Of a stretch of 64,000 nucleotides of DNA, positions 62,284 through 64,000 are shown one piece after another. Every line of letters begins with the position of its first letter. Position 1 is the first letter of the stretch. The notes beneath the pieces are model-generated. The model was given only the letters and a program-made list of their open reading frames with translations. It was not told where the DNA came from and made no database searches. The stretch comes from Selaginella moellendorffii. Taxonomy: Eukaryota; Plantae; Lycopodiophyta. The position numbers and the translations under genes were made by a program. The DNA lies in contig NW_003314367.1 of assembly GCF_000143415.4 (NCBI RefSeq), positions 124,001 to 188,000 on the forward strand. Reading direction: 5' to 3'.

Positions 62284-64000
62284 ATGGCACTGGAGCTCGA
62301 CGGTGCCACCGGCAGCGATGAGAGCGCGATTCAGCAGCAGGATAGATCTTTCTCCAGGGAATCGCTGCCGCCGATGTTTGTGATCGTGTATTTCCACAAG
62401 GCTATTCGTCTGGAGCTGGAGCGCATCCACGAGACGGCAATGTCGATGGATAGGAGCAGCGGGCAGGATTTTAGATCCCTGGCGGAGAGGTACAATTTCT
62501 TGAGAGAAATCTACGAGCACCACAGCCAGGCGGAAGATGAGGTGATTGCTAAGGTGTGAGAATTGTCAATGTCGACTATACGTTTTTTTCTTTTCCAGGT
62601 GATTCTTCCGGCTCTAGAATCTCGCGTCAAGAACGTCGCGCGCTCGTATTGCTTGGAGCATGTTGTGGAGAACGATCTACTCAACGAAATGTCCCAGCTT
62701 CTCTCCACACATTTGGGGGATCAAACCGATTCGTCATGGCAGGAAATCATCTCTTGCACGGAAGCAGTGCAAAGAACAGTATGCCAGCACCTTTCGAAAG
62801 AAGAAGGCCAGGTAAGTAACTTTGGACAAAGTGTTTCCATTGTTTCTATACGGTTTTTCTACTTCTTTTCCAGGTCATTCCGCTGCTCATGCAGTACTAT
62901 AATCGCGAAGAACAAGCTAGCCTTGTCTGGCAGTTTATGGGCAATATTCCTGTGAAGCTCATGGAGATCTTTCTTCCGTGGCTTGCTTCCTCCTTGACTT
63001 TGGAAGAATGTAAACACATGGAACTTTGCTTTCGGGAAATCGTTCCAGCAGAAGAGCTTCTACAGGAGGTAAGATTTTGGTACGTAACACCCCAACTGCA
63101 CAGTTTTGAACGAATGCATGTAGGTAATTACTGAATGGTTTAAACGGGACCACAGTAAATTCAGGCTGGGGGCCAACAGAGCTCCAAAGACCACTCCAAA
63201 ACCTGCGAAGCAAGCTGGAACCGACGTCCGGTTTATCACGCGATCGCCACTCAACGATTTACTTCACTGGCATCAGGCTATAAAGCGCGAACTTCTTAAC
63301 ATAACTGAGGAGATCAAGGATTTGACGTCACTGGCAACCTTGAGCGAGCGAATGGAGTTTGTAAGTAAAGTATGGAGTTTTCACAGGTGTGTTTTTCCAT
63401 GCTTGGTGAATAACAGAGCTGAATGTGTGTTTACAGTGCAGCTGAGGATAAGTTCGTGTTTCCTCCAATTGGCAAGAAACTTGATCATGCTGTACAAGAC
63501 GAAGTGTGCAGTGAGGCTTTGAGAGTACTTGAAAATACTCTTAAAAACAACTGCAGCTCAACTGCTGTCATCACCCAGGCTGAGCTTTTACTTGATGCTG
63601 TTGAAGCACATTTCTCTATTGAAGAAACTGAGGTAACGATTCCTTCGGTTGTGTCGTTTCTCATTCATTCTTGAACAGTTCTTACCTCTTGCAAGTAAGC
63701 TTTTCAGCATTGACGAGCAGCGAACGTTGGTTTATGAAAGCCTCAAAACCATGCCTTTGGTTTTCTTGAGGCGAGTCCTTCCATGGATTGTTAACTGCGT
63801 TACTGCCAAGGAGGCGAAAGATATGCTTGTTAACATAAGACTGGCAGGTCTGTTTTATTTTCTAAAGCTTTTCTCGAGATTCAATGCGTTTTTTCTGCAG
63901 CACCTCAGGGTGACAGCATCCTGGTTGCTCTGCTGACGGGGTGGGCTTGCGAAAACCATTCGCATGTTTGGGATCTCTTAAAAAATGAGAGCCTAAAGGT
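62284..64000 (+). CDS. BTS: BRUTUS/HRZ-like hemerythrin-domain protein (5' part; runs off the window)
   Basis: YFHKAIRLEL, IYEHHSQAEDE|VILPALESRVKNVARSYCLEH, QHLSKEEGQV, EQASLVWQFMGNIP, second HHE repeat LHWHQAIK...FHSAAEDKFVFP. The RING/CHY domains lie outside the window. Confidence 0.9.

Overview
Eukaryotic land-plant nuclear DNA, most likely the lycophyte Selaginella (very short GT-AG introns, dense genes, an intronless microbial-type terpene synthase). Bases 1.8-22.0 kb are a nest of LTR retrotransposons. An old minus-strand Ty3/gypsy element (176-bp LTRs, decayed tRNA-Ala PBS) is interrupted by two younger elements. One (TSD ATTAT) has a 3' LTR carrying an expanded 11/12-mer array and an inverted self-derived insert. 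The other is a decayed Ty1/copia with near-identical LTRs (TSD CTCAT). Bases 22.6-39 kb mix pseudogene fragments (germin, 2OG-Fe(II) oxygenase-like, Cys/Met PLP lyase, gypsy integrase) with a head-to-head HflX/PARP pair bracketed by ~1.3-kb inverted repeats of a chaperonin-like gene, and a Crinkler-type P-loop NTPase + restriction-endonuclease-fold gene ending in duplicated Zn-finger exons. Bases 39-64 kb are gene-dense: two tRNA-Ser(CGA), plastid ACP, LETM1-like, MTPSL terpene synthase next to a P450 pseudogene, an E6AP-like HECT ligase, a cyanobacterial-type M23 peptidase, a GPI-anchored LTP, an ASG1-like gene, PPO, PP2C, further PPO/MTPSL relics, and the 5' part of a BRUTUS-like hemerythrin gene. 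Exon structures and similarities were read by eye and family assignments come from remembered motifs; no searches were run.
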